Shown piece after piece: positions 24,140 through 35,904 of a DNA stretch of 40,009 nucleotides. The translations under genes and the position numbers were made by a program. The notes under the pieces were generated by a model, which saw only the letters and a program-made list of their open reading frames with translations, did not search any database and was not told the origin of the DNA. Each line of letters begins with the position of its first letter. Within the stretch, counting starts at the first letter, position 1. The DNA comes from Octopus bimaculoides. Lineage: Eukaryota. The stretch lies in NCBI RefSeq assembly GCF_001194135.2, contig NC_068983.1, positions 8,969,003-9,009,011 on the forward strand, in the 5' to 3' direction.

Positions 24140-25783
24140 CTAAACATCTGAAGAAATCTGGCTTTCCACCCTCGTGGGGGCATAAACAGCGATTAGTATA
24201 AAGGTACTGCCTTCACTCTCACTCACGTCCAGGATTACCAACTTACCTTCCGAGCGAAGGAAGTTCGTTCGCACTTCGAGATCCAGGCCTTTCCTAAAGA
24301 GCACTGCCATCCCGCCTCCCCGTTCCGGGCCGACTAAGAGATACGCAGATCTCATAATCGTCGAAATGGGCGCAAAATCGCGTGTGTCGGAAATCCTGGT
24401 CTCACTGGCTACTATCACATCGAAACTTAGCGTGAGGTCATTGTTCAGGCGAACTTGCTTCCAGAGTGACCTCAGGCCACGAATATTTATGCATCCACTC
24501 TGACAATCACCATGACGTCTCGAAACGTTTGGGGAAAAAAACCGAGTAGCACATACTCTGTGGTATTTCCCCCGTTGTCTGGAGTACACGTGCCTCTGCT
24601 ATAGATGTTGTTGTTGTTGGGGGTGACGCTGCAGTTATATTAAAAGGTCTCTGTTGTCGGGGTGCGTTGTAGGCTGCAGGTATGGCCGTGCATCTCCCGA
24701 AGTTTGAGGGCAGAAGGCTCTCACGTGGCCTGTGGACCTTCATTTGTCACAACTGGGCTTCCTGCGTCCCACGCCGACACGAAGTTCTACCCCGTTGGGC
24801 AGGTGAATCAGGTCCGGAATCTTTCCGGTAATTCTGGTTTCACATGGATTAATATGTGCAATTTGTTCTCGCACCAGCCTTCCCTTCTGCTACTTTTTAC
24901 CTTAAGGATCCTTTACGTCACAAACAATGATCCACCAGACGATTACACCTGGTGGCACACCGTTTACCCTAATTCTCGACGTTCTCTTCGGATCTCCTAT
25001 TTTTCCGTGATACGCATTTGTAATACACTGTTCTTTCTTTCGCTTCTATTATTTCGTGAGATACGAACACTAAAGCCTTAACTCCGACAACTTTGATGAT
25101 GAATTTTGCATTTTAAAGTTCTCGAATTTTGTTCCCTAGAGGAAAATAAACTTTTCCTCCTTTGTTTTTTTTCTTAATCAGCAAACCTGTTGTTTTTGTT
25201 ATTGCTGTCATCGACGTTGCCGTTGTTGTTGTTCTTACTACTGCTGTTGCTGATCCTACTACTTCTTCTGCCGAAGCTGTCACCACCACCGCTGCTGCTG
25301 CTGCTGCAGTCGGCGCCACCACCAATGCGGTCGCCGTCGCCACCACCAATGCGGTCGCCGTCGCCGCTTTCGCCACCGCCGCCGTCACTGCTGTCGCCAA
25401 TGCTTTCACAGCTGCTACTATGAGGTGGACTTTGAACTTTGGTACCCTTCTTCCTCCCCCCCCCCTTCTCCAGTAAGGTTATCAGGAGATGAGGGAAGAG
25501 GGTGGAAATCTTCAGCATTGAAAAAAAAATAACAAAAATTGGAGGAGGGGCAGTATTTATTTTTTTAATCTCCCAAGATGTGATCTGCCATCTTGTTTAT
25601 TTATATTGTATTAAAACGCCCACCGAATATATTCGGGCCGAATATAGCCCCGCAAGGGGCTAAACAAACACAGGAACCCGATGCCAGTTCCCTAGTGTTT
25701 CTATTAACAAACTGGAACAATGTTTAAACGAAAAAAACCCTCAAGAAACGCCTTCGAAAATAACGTCTTTCGTGTTCAGCAGT
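24140..25783 (-). mobile_element. L1/Tx1-like LINE 5' portion (5'UTR, ORF1, APE domain of ORF2), 3'-truncated
   Basis: APE motifs NIRGL, DVIVASET, GGGMAVL, EGKLVILDV, IAVYAP (24140-24500). ORF1 zinc knuckle CDK*RSTGHVRAFC (about 24708-24750). Low-complexity ORF1 N-terminus with an EDFHP motif. Confidence 0.85.
25200..25420. repeat. GC-rich trinucleotide low-complexity tract with a 21-bp duplication (CGCCACCACCAATGCGGTCGC-type)
   Basis: Directly visible; lies within the putative Tx1 ORF1. Confidence 0.85.
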
Positions 25784-25813
25784 GAAGAAGAAGAAGAAGA
25801 AGAAGAAGAAGAA
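25784..25813. repeat. (GAA)10 microsatellite
   Basis: Directly visible. Confidence 0.98.
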
Positions 25814-26604
25814 CAGCAGCATTCCTTTTTGTTATAGAAATTTTGGGCTAGAGTTATGGTAGCACATAACCTCATAAATGTTAAATGTGCTGCGCAACAG
25901 GATGGAACACGAAACTACAAAGTTGCAAAGTGATGTTGTTAGCCACACAGTCAGGATTGCATAGGTTAGTGCGTAAGTTTATATGCGTTTATGATTGCAT
26001 GTAGATATGCCTGTGAGTGTAGCATTATCACATACCGTTACATGTGAATATTGTTAACATGATGTTTATGTGTACACTGAAATATGTGTGACTGAATAAT
26101 CCCCCCTGTATCTATTTCCGGTACAATATCAGCCTTGTTACTAAAGTAATAGGAAACAACCATGTTGTCAGCATCGCTTCATTTGTTTCACAATAATACA
26201 AGATATTTCGCTTTAGATATTTCACATTACTCTCTCAATAAACCACACATCGCTGAGCAATCTGCTAATGACACTAACACCGAACATTAACGGAGCTATT
26301 ACATAAATAATTTAACTAACAAATAAAATTATGAAGAACCTAAAAACACTCTGTTAGTATCTTCCTGTATTATACTGAGTAAAAAATATCATTTTCAACT
26401 TTCAGAATGCAATATAGCAATACACATAATTAATTAATAATTTACTTAATTATATGTTTAAATTACAGAATAAAATCACTATATTATAAACGAAACCTTT
26501 CGTAATTACTTAAACCTATTTATACAATAAATATTATTCACAGCATTTATGCGTTTTTAATTTGCTTCCATTACATAGAAGTTGTTTCCAAACAGGAAGT
26601 GTTA

Positions 26605-26730
26605 AACATGGGTGTAAATATAGCAATTTATGAAAGCATGTTCGCTTCTCTCCCGTGATTTCAGGTTCAATCCAACACTGCGTGACATTCGGTGACGTAG
26701 CTTTATTTCCATAGAATCATTGTGAGTGAA
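26605..26730 (+). mobile_element. Highly diverged tRNA-SINE head, family A-like
   Basis: TTCAGGTTCAATCCAACACTGCGTGACA resembles GGGTTCAGTCCCACTGCGTGGCA of family A. Confidence 0.45.
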
Positions 26731-27423
26731 AGTTAAACAAAAACACATATGATGAAATGTAACTAGTCTTGGGAGACAGAGTAAGCCGCAAATCCGGTTT
26801 AGCACTACGATTCAAGAGGATTTTAATATAGTCCATTCTGTGACAAGCAGCCAGACAAGGTTTTTGGTTTCTGTATAAGATTTGGCAGGTATTTCTTCAT
26901 TTTTTTATCCACCACCAGTCTTGGAGGCCCTACGTAAAATGTCATAGATATTATTATTTTTCCTGTCACAAAACTATAAAAAAAAAATGTGAAAGCTGAG
27001 GAGAAAACAGTTCAAATGAATGTTTTCATTTTCAGACAGTAATTACTTTCTCTATATACACTTCTAATATGAAATAGCTACAAATTACTATCTAGCAAAA
27101 AATATTTTTCAGAAACAATAAAAAACATATCATCTTAATATATAGATTAACTGATATCTAGACATTGCGACTGGAGAATTATCTAAAAGAAAATAGTACT
27201 TAATTTCACATATTAATAATGCGCGGCTAAATATGAAACTAGATTTATTCATATATACCAGCTTAAACAATATTTTTGATAATACTAAGATAACTGTAGC
27301 ATTTGCCATTGAACACTGGAGAGATAGTAACGCTCAACAACAAATTATCAACATGGTTCAAATTCCGAAAACTAAGGGAATTCGTGCAATTCGGTAATAT
27401 CAAACTCAGTCAAGGAGTTCCAG

Positions 27424-27556
27424 TTGGTGAGCTGGCAGAGACGTTAGCACGCCGGGCGAAATGCTTAGCAGTATTTGGTCTGTCTTTACGCTCTGAGTTC
27501 AAATTCCACCGAGGTCGACTGTGCCTTTCATCCTTTCGGGGTCGATAAACGAAGTA
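27424..27556 (+). mobile_element. tRNA-SINE family D, 3'-truncated
   Basis: GGTGAGCTGGCAGAGACGTTAG (A box region), GAGTTCAAATTCC (B box), GTCGAC.GTGCCTTTCATCCTTTCGGGGTCGATAAA. Confidence 0.9.
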
Positions 27557-27594
27557 TTTCTAAAAGTAACAAAATATCAACTAGATTATGATTT

Positions 27595-28060
27595 GGAGAT
27601 ATCGTCTTCCTCAAAGAGGCCGACCTCAAATTCTCCCACGGCCTCAAGTGGGACCCGACATCTGGTACGTGCGTTTCTCACTATATTGTTGATAGGATCT
27701 CAGAGCACCTCCTTGATATTGGCCAGTAGCTCAGTCTTGATGTCTTTCTCAAGCGTGCCTCACTCATAGAAATCTATTGGATTACTATCAAGGGGAATTA
27801 GGTGGCCAGAAATCACTGCCACTGAAGACGTAAAAAATATCTGACAACCAATTGCGACACTTTCTAGCAGTATGAGAAGAGACCGAATGCTGCTGCAACA
27901 CGTACGGCTTCTCAACAGCAAGCTTATCTAGCCAGGCTTTGATCCCTGTCCCCTGGAGCTTCACATAGACGTCTGAACTGAGTCTCAGAGCTGGTGCAAA
28001 AATGTTGGGCGGAATGAGGTCACGTTCATTGGAGATTCACCCACAGACAATCATAATTCG
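27595..28060 (-). pseudogene. DD37D (maT-type) Tc1/mariner transposase C-terminal relic
   Basis: Minus strand: MIVCG*ISNERDLIPPNIF...PYVLQQ(H)S...FWPPNSP[+1]DSNPIDFY...LEAV. 37 residues separate the second-D position (mutated to H) and the third D. Confidence 0.88.
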
Positions 28061-28067
28061 TTCGCAA

Positions 28068-28272
28068 GCCGTGCGAAATACATAGCGGTATTTCGTCTGC
28101 CGCTACGTTCCGAGTTCAAATTCCACCGAGGTCGACTTAGCCTTTCATCCTTTCGCGGTCGATTAAATAAGTACCAGTTACGCACTGGAGTCGATACAAT
28201 CGACTTTATCCCTTTGTCTGTCCTCGTTTGTCCCCTCTATGTTTAGCCCCTTGTGGGCAATAAAGAAATAAG
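28068..28272 (+). mobile_element. tRNA-SINE family D, 5'-truncated, with 3' tail
   Basis: GAGTTCAAATTCC...GTACCAGTTACGCACTGG...TTTAGCCCCTTGTGGGCAATAAAGAAATAA. Confidence 0.9.
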
Positions 28273-29157
28273 ATCATCACAAATCGTGAAGACACGGTTT
28301 TATTGATATCCATGTCACATCTTTTAGTCTTTAGAGTGTATCCAATCATTGAGCAGCGAATCATTGATAACCTTTATTTTTATGGTCTCCAACGCTGTTG
28401 ACTGTTCATCTATACATCAAGCGGTTCCTGAAAAAAGAGACATACAAGCCTTACATTCAATCCCGAACACTCTGTATAAATGGCGTCATTCAAACAAATG
28501 AGGAAGCCCCATTATAGTAGCTTTACATGCTAGAATTAGCAATCAAACTATCCCACTAATAATACTGTACCACTTTTCAAAAGGAAACGCTGTATAGTGT
28601 AGTCTTGAATGTATTACATCTGACAAGAAGTGGGAAAGAATATTCATGTTTCGATAAACTATGAGCATCTGCCTGTACAATCTGTACCCACTTAGCGATA
28701 AGGAATTAGAACAAGTATGTCCGGATATGGATCTCACAGTGCAGCTTCTGTTGAACACTTCTTTACCTTCAGACATGATTTTTGTAATTTATTTGGCAAA
28801 AGCTCAAATTTCGTAGTGAAGTTCTACAATCGATTGAGTTCACTGCATCCTATTACGTATTATTGTTATTTATGTCTCCCTAGAGAAGAAAAATCAATAT
28901 TCCTGCTCTAGTATGATTTGATCCCCAAACTTAAAGAGAAGTTAAATATTGTAAATTACTCCGTACGACACACAAGCCGTCCTGCCTGATTGCCTGTCGG
29001 TTCCACTTTAAGTTACAATATATAATTATTTATATCAACTGCTTCAGAGACGTAAACAGAATCAGAACGGGATATGCAGACTGAGGGAAAAGGATGAGGT
29101 GACAGAAAAGGAAAGAAGAGAGCGAATCAGAAAGACAAGAACGAATGAGAAAACTAA

Positions 29158-29159
<2 letters not shown>

Positions 29160-29197
<38 letters not shown>
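29160..29197. repeat. (GA)n microsatellite
   Basis: Directly visible. Confidence 0.95.
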
Positions 29198-29200
<3 letters not shown>

Positions 29201-30199
29201 TTTTGCGTGATGCTACTGAGAAGGAGCTTTCGTGAAAAAACATCTTTTAGTAATTTACTCATCATGTGTAAATATTCCCAGAATAATTCCTGTTCAATCT
29301 CATGTTTCTGCATGCAATGCCAGAATCGTTATTTCAATTTAAGTTTGAACATCCATGGTAAATGTTATTTAGGATTCTATACTGAGTGTCATGAAGAAAC
29401 AAACTATTGTTTACGATTAGCATATCTACGAATTGCTCTTCTTTGCAGCCACCCTATTTTCTCCAGAATTATTGAATAAAAATACCCTTGTAAATATCTG
29501 ACAGAATATGTCAAAGTTGTATGAAGATAATTTAATTTCTTACATATTTGTTAAAGGGTAGCAATCATTTTTGACAATTCCAAGTACATGTAAGTGAAAG
29601 ACAGATAAAAGAGCCTGGAGGAGAATTGATTTTGAAGTGATGAGGTATCAAGAAGTTCTTATCGATAAAAGTATAATATATTTGGCCTGAAGGAATACAA
29701 TTATCTGTAACACGACGTAGGGGTCAATATGAGATTTCAGATTTCATTACTTTTCAGAGAACACGTGGCAGAATAGTTATAACCAAGCAATATCCAGCAT
29801 TATAGATTTGGAAGCATCCAATTATCCTCTGGTAGAACATACACATACATACATACATACATTATATATATATATATATATATACAGAAAATAAATGGAC
29901 TATTAGTTAGATTAAAACTTACATATGCGCGTGTCAAGGTGTGCGTACATGTGTGTGTGTGTCAGGATACATGTGTGTGTGTGTGTTTGCATACATTCAC
30001 ATGGCCGTCAGTAACTCGCGTGCAGACACAGAGAACCGTTTAAAATGTGTTTTTAAACGTTTGCCCTGCAATTACGTTGTTCTATAGAAAACTTGATAAC
30101 TAAATTCTTCCTTCTTTCACAAAAAAAAAGAGAGAGAGACATCTATTACTGAACGATTTAGTATCATTCATACTAGATTTAAAAATTGTTTGTACCCAC

Positions 30200-30219
30200 G
30201 TAGAATTTCGTTTAGCCAT
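30200..30219 (-). CDS. Candidate first coding micro-exon MAKRNS(T); unverified
   Basis: GCCAAGATGGCT start context, donor AC|GTGGGT, CpG-rich segment immediately upstream (30240-30480). Confidence 0.25.
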
Positions 30220-30489
30220 CTTGGCTGACACCTTTAATGCCATTAATATTGGCGCGTCGTCACCGCTACATCACGTGTCAGCTCCCTGACTTTCGCAACT
30301 AAATGTAGATACTGTTCACTACAACAAAAACACACGTTCACACGATCGATCCGTTACATCACATAGTTAAAATGATATTGGGTCGAATATAGTCGAAACT
30401 TAAGCAAGTGCGAAAGAGAACAGAGAAAAGAAGAGGCTACGGAGAATATAACTCGAAAAATCGAGCAACAATCCGAGCTGAGGCTATCG

Positions 30490-30728
30490 AATTATACAAG
30501 TGACATGCGATCATGTGGCTCCAATGATGCCCGGGCGGTTTCTATGTCTCGCTATTATATAGCAAGACAGAATAGACCATAAACTTGGAGATCCGAAAGT
30601 TTGTCCTCCTGTTTGGATATCGGCAGGGCCGAAAACGCTTGTCCAGTGAGTCCACAAGAGCACGTCAAAGTCTTTTTAAGACTTCGGACTCGCGGTTAAT
30701 GTTGCCTTGGATCACACCGCCGAGTAGT
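30490..30728 (-). pseudogene. RTE-clade LINE RT C-terminal fragment
   Basis: Y(L)GGVIQ...EVLKRL*RALVDSLDK...RRTNFRISKFMVYSVLLYNSET* matches RTE (YLGS...RTK...VLLYGSETW). Confidence 0.8.
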
Positions 30729-30977
30729 GATTTTAAATCGTAATCTAATAAATCCCCTTATATCTAATTGTAACTCTTATTTCTAAATAATCTAGCATTT
30801 AAATGGTTTCTCCATTTACGACTAATTACACACCAATATCACCATCGCAGAATAGAATTATAACACAGAATAGAATTATAATACTGGCACCAACTATTCT
30901 CTTTGAATTCCTTTACTTTATTCATTTTTTTACGTTATCTTCCTTTACCTCTGCTCTCTCCTTATTTACTTATTTAT

Positions 30978-31178
30978 TCTTTTACTTGTTTCAGTCATTT
31001 GACTGCGGCCATGCTGTAGCACCACCTTTAGTCGAGCAAATCGACCCCAGGACTTATTCTTTGTAAGCCTAGTACTTATTCTATCGGTCTCTTTTGCCGC
31101 ACCGCTAAGTTACAGGGATGTGAACACACCAGCATCGGTTGTCAAGCGATGTTGGAGGGACAAATACAGACACTCAAA

Positions 31179-31273
<95 letters not shown>

Positions 31274-31440
31274 ATATACGACGGGCTTCTTTCAGTTTCC
31301 GTCTACCAAATCCACTCACAAGGCTTTGGTCGGCCGGAGGCTATAGTAGAAGACACTTGCCCAAGGTGCCACGCAGTGGGACTGAACCCAGAACGATGTG
31401 GTTGGTAAGCAAGCTACTTCCCACACAGCCACTCCTGCGC
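30978..31440 (-). mobile_element. Near full-length tRNA-SINE family A with internal microsatellite
   Basis: A box TGGCTGTGTGG (31421-31431), B box GGTTCAGTCCC (31378-31388), internal (TA)n(TG)n at about 31171-31278, conserved 3' half, TAAA-rich tail. Confidence 0.92.
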
Positions 31441-31833
31441 CATACCCTTATATATTTATTCATTTATATTTTTGGTTATTTTGGTAGACTAAATTCCTAT
31501 AAACCTTACTTTATTTTATCCTTAATGCCAATCCTTAATTTCCACCCTCATTCTCTCTACCTCACTTTTTTTTCAATTTATTTATTTTTCTTTCTATTCA
31601 ATAGCCACCTCCGCTACTATTCTATTATTGAACGTTAACACGTTTGCATTTATTTCTGGATTTACACAGGATTGCACCTAAGGACTTATGCATCTGTTTC
31701 TACAACATCAGAAAGTTGAACTGTTAACTTTTATGCATCTTTCTTTTTCTCTTTCTTCATCTCCTCATTCCTTTTCTCCTATTTTCTTTGTCGTCACTTA
31801 ATTAATCGATACTCTTCTCATTTTCCCTATTTA

Positions 31834-31888
31834 TCTCCGACGATTGATTACGCCCATACTCTGGGATATCCCAGAATCAGTTGTAAGA
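31834..31888 (+). ncRNA. Degenerate hammerhead-like motif upstream of a Penelope ORF
   Basis: TCT-CCGACGA...GAAT-C-AGTT-GTA-AGA: HHR layout with two core substitutions and TCT/AGA stem I. Confidence 0.35.
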
Positions 31889-32149
31889 CTGAATTTTTCG
31901 AATAATAATAATAATATAAATAACTTGAGATGTTTATCTTGCCTTAACATCTGTTGTCCTCTTTATCAATTATATATCCTCTACGTCGGAAATCTACAAT
32001 GGCTCCATAACTACCGTCTCGATTATAACCTTCGAGCTCTGACGTACCTAGTTGTTTAGACGACCTGTGGACTAAACCCCCATACTTTGTATAAATTGCA
32101 GCGCAAAGCATTCAATATAGGTACTGCTCACTATGGACAAGCAATTACT

Positions 32150-32405
32150 AGGCATCTCATTCAAGAATATACCCATTCCATCTCAAAAACTTTTCTCCTA
32201 CTATTACCTAGCAAAACAAATGATCTTATCCGAAGAATGAGATGGAAAGCCTTCTTTTATGATAATAGACATTAGTCGGATGAAAGCAATAATAATAAAT
32301 ATAACCTTAGTTCAAACAAAAACGCTCTTCACAACCCCCACTTAGATAAATTCCAAACTGATATCCTTAACAAGATTAAGAATTTAAAATTTAAAATTTT
32401 ATAAA
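32150..32405 (+). pseudogene. Penelope-like element ORF N-terminal fragment
   Basis: KNIPIPS[fs]...KTNDLIRRMRWKAFF...HNPHLDKFQTDILNKIKNLKF matches PLE ORF starts (KNIPIP...RRMRWKA.F). Confidence 0.8.
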
Positions 32406-32498
32406 CACAAATCTTCTTTCGAACGGCAGCTTTCCAATACAATCAATAGGATTGCCTTTTCACCCAAGATGCACGTCTTCTCCGACAAAACCGGGAAC

Positions 32499-32581
32499 TT
32501 ATACACTCTTACCATCGAGATCAGGTCGCTTGCTATACACTCTTAAACACTTTTACCATCTCAGATCAGGTCGCTTGCTAT
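32499..32581 (+). repeat. Imperfect tandem duplication (ACCATC..AGATCAGGTCGCTTGCTAT x2)
   Basis: Directly visible. Confidence 0.85.
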
Positions 32582-34846
32582 GCAACTACATCTCCGTAAT
32601 TTACATCAACTTACTGATAATCTTAAAAAAAACTCGATACCATTAACCTAAGACTAAGACAAACTAAATTCAAAGTATCAGGCATTCATGAATGTTATTT
32701 ATCGTTTTAAAGAAGGCAACTGTGAACCTGAAATCATTACATTGTGATAGTTTCTCAAGAAATGAAGTATAGGCAATCTCGAAATGTTAATTATGACTTG
32801 TTACAAAATATCATGCCAAAGAGCGTTCGTCTGCTAATTTGGCAGTACGAAGACAATCCTAATATATTTCATTATCATTAAACCTCATCCACTAAGCCAT
32901 CAACTCATCAATGATAACCTCATAGACAAAGGGCTTCAGAGAATTTAGAATTTTAGTTAATGAAAACTTAGTGGTATTATAACTTTACAGGATCGAATGG
33001 AACTAAAAATAACCAAAGGCGACTCCTGCACGCAAAACAAATAGTTAAATAAGGGTTAGGGTTACCAACATGCCTCAAACGCTATTCATGAAATGTTAAT
33101 ATCGATGAGAAAAATCATCAGCAGTGTTATTTTTTAGTATGTATTAACAAATATCAACATAATTTGATTTCGACTTTTATTTAATCAATTTGCATATGTG
33201 TCATACTAATTATGATATTAATCGATTTAATATTCGTATATATCTTATTAACTTTCTCAAGACAGAAGAAGATAACAAAAAATAAAAATAAGAATTGTAG
33301 GGGAAGTGAATGGATGGACAGAGATGGATTGAGTTATATTGGGTTTAAGACGAATGAATGGTACGAGCAAAAGGAAAGGCAGGATATATCTGACGAAATA
33401 TAGTAAAGCATTTACTAACATGCTTAATGTGTTTTAAATTAATATGTATTTTGCTAAAATATCTTGTACTCTGGAATTTATAAGTCATTTAAATTGTATT
33501 GATTCTCTCGATTCACTGCTAGTAAATAGCAGTAAAAATTCCTTAAGATCTTTGCTTCAATGTGATTTAGATGTTTGCTTCAATGTGGCGCCACAGTGAA
33601 CAAATGTCGCTTACCATACATAATGTCGACCAAATCGTTTAAAGTTACAACTGTCCCTTGTTTTGAATAGATTTAAACCGTCAAGCATAACGCCACAAAA
33701 TGTTTATTTTACTTGAGTCCACACTTTTGCCAGCATTTGTGACAGATCTGCCTTACGAGAATAGCATGCTCCCTTCTTGTTACCAGTCACAGAGAGACTG
33801 AAAATGCTCTAGGGGGTGCTTTCGTTCTTATGATATAATAATGCGCAATGTTAGGTACCAACCATTCAATGGCATGTGTATTTGTGCATTTCAAAATTGC
33901 ATTATAATGATATAATAGTCTTGCTAGAATAAGAAAATTAATGAATTATTCCCTAGTTTAATTCCTTCGAGAGATAATCATTTAGACAATCATATTTGTA
34001 AAATTGAAATTAATTACACTAATTGCATTTACATACACGACCATATTATTCTCATTCTTCCATTTATATGTGTTCCACAATATATGCAGAATTTAATGCA
34101 AGGTGAAGCACAGTGTGGTGCTTCTGTTTATTGTGTATAACATATTCAAGTGACATCTGTAATTGAACGACCAACCATTTTGTTCAATACGAAAATCTCT
34201 CCTCAGGGGTCTACACGGTATGTGATAGATTACTGTGTCCTTATTGAAACCGCTAAAGAATATAAAATGATATGCATACTGCACATACGTATCCATCATA
34301 GAGAAAGGAAACTAAAATAAACATTTACATATCATATCTATAATTCCGGTAAATGATATATATGTATTTTTTGAACAGCTGTTTCGGAAGATAACCACCA
34401 GAAAAAGTGTGGTGTTATACAGACAGACGGTTGCTTTACTGCATAAGGACACTTCCATAACTAATAACTGTAACATACATCCACAGATTTGTAGCAGAAC
34501 TCTTTCATAAATAATGACATGAGAATTCAGCGTTCGTAATCTAATTCCTTTTTCCCCAAAATGTCTAAACTAATGTAAGGAAATTCAGAATTACTGTATC
34601 CGCAAGCTAATGTGACTTAAGAAAGAGATAAAGTCCTTCCTCTTGCTTGACAAGGTCATTTTCAAAGATGTCGGCAGTGTTTTAAGCCTGTAAATATATT
34701 GATTTCCAAAAATATGAAAATGGAGAGAGAAAAAAAAAAACTGAAATCAAGATGAAAGTTTAATAAAGTCTGTTTCTTTCAGGTGATGTGGACAAATGGA
34801 AATTTGCGAAGTTGTGACATTTTCAATCTTTCCTAAAAGCATTTTG

Positions 34847-34847
<1 letters not shown>

Positions 34848-34898
<51 letters not shown>
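34848..34898. repeat. (GT)n microsatellite
   Basis: Directly visible. Confidence 0.97.
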
Positions 34899-34900
<2 letters not shown>

Positions 34901-35392
34901 CGGTATGTTTGTGCTTGTTTGTTCTTGTGAGAGACAGGAAAATAGCGAAGGAGAGATTAGAGGTAGGATTAAACGGACATAGACGGTCAAGTGAATAAAA
35001 TATAACTGGAAGAGAATATATTTTTACTTTCTCTTAGAAATAATAATGGTAGCATGGCAATTAGGGAAGAATAAGAGAGGAAATACAAAAAAGGGTGAAG
35101 AAGGAAGAAAGAAAGGAAGAAACAAAGAAAGTAACCTAACAACTTTATCGAGATAAGTAGTTTGGCCGAGGGAAAGCGAATTGTGAGGCAGATATTGAAT
35201 GCCCGTATAGAAACTATTTATTGAAGTATGTATTAAGAATAGTATGGCTTGTGAGTAACAAAAAAGAAAACCAGAAAATATGCGTTAATATATTTCACAT
35301 CTGAAATGTTTTACAAGTTGTTCACTAAAGGTCTTCAGTAAATGCCCATATATGCGTGTATGTGTGTGTAGGTGTGGGGGTTATACATATAT

Positions 35393-35629
35393 TCTTTCAT
35401 GCTTTTACTTGTTTCACTCATTTGACAGCGGCCATGCTGGAGCAACGCCTTGAAGGGTATTAGTCGAAGAAATCAACCACAGGACATACTTTTTAAAAAA
35501 ACCCAAGTACTTATTCTATCAGTGTCTCTTGCCGAACTGCTAAGTTACAGGATGTCGTCACACCAACAACGGTTGTCAAGAGGTAATGGGAGGACAAACA
35601 TGGACAGGCCCGCACGCACACATGCTTAT

Positions 35630-35673
<44 letters not shown>

Positions 35674-35852
35674 TATATATTATACATATTATATATATAC
35701 ATATATAATGGGCTCCTTCAGTTTCCGTCTACCAAATCCACTCACAAGGTCTGGTTGGTGCGAGGCTATAGCAGAAATGTAACCAAGGTGTCACGCAGTG
35801 GGACTGAACCCAGAATGATGTGGTTGAGAAGAAAGCTTCTTAACACACCCAC
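35393..35852 (-). mobile_element. tRNA-SINE family A, diverged near full-length copy
   Basis: Colinear with 30978-31440 (TTCAGTTTCCGTCTACCAAATCCACTCACAAGG; ACGCAGTGGGACTGAACCCAGAA) with a different internal microsatellite. Confidence 0.9.
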
Positions 35853-35904
35853 ATATATGTATGTATGTATGTATGGATTGCGATTAGCCTTTTATTACTG
35901 TATG

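Noticed and set aside
25162-25476. Ala/Thr-rich plus-strand ORF resembling an antifreeze or mucin protein
   Set aside because: It is the antisense reading of a trinucleotide-rich tract inside the putative LINE ORF1.
25640-25750. Bacterial or T7-like terminator resemblance
   Set aside because: No U-tract follows the hairpin in either orientation and the context is eukaryotic; no sign of contamination.
29758-29831. 74-nt exon candidate (NTWQNSYNQAISSIIDLEASNYPL)
   Set aside because: One open frame but a weak donor and no recognised homology; it needs RNA-seq support.
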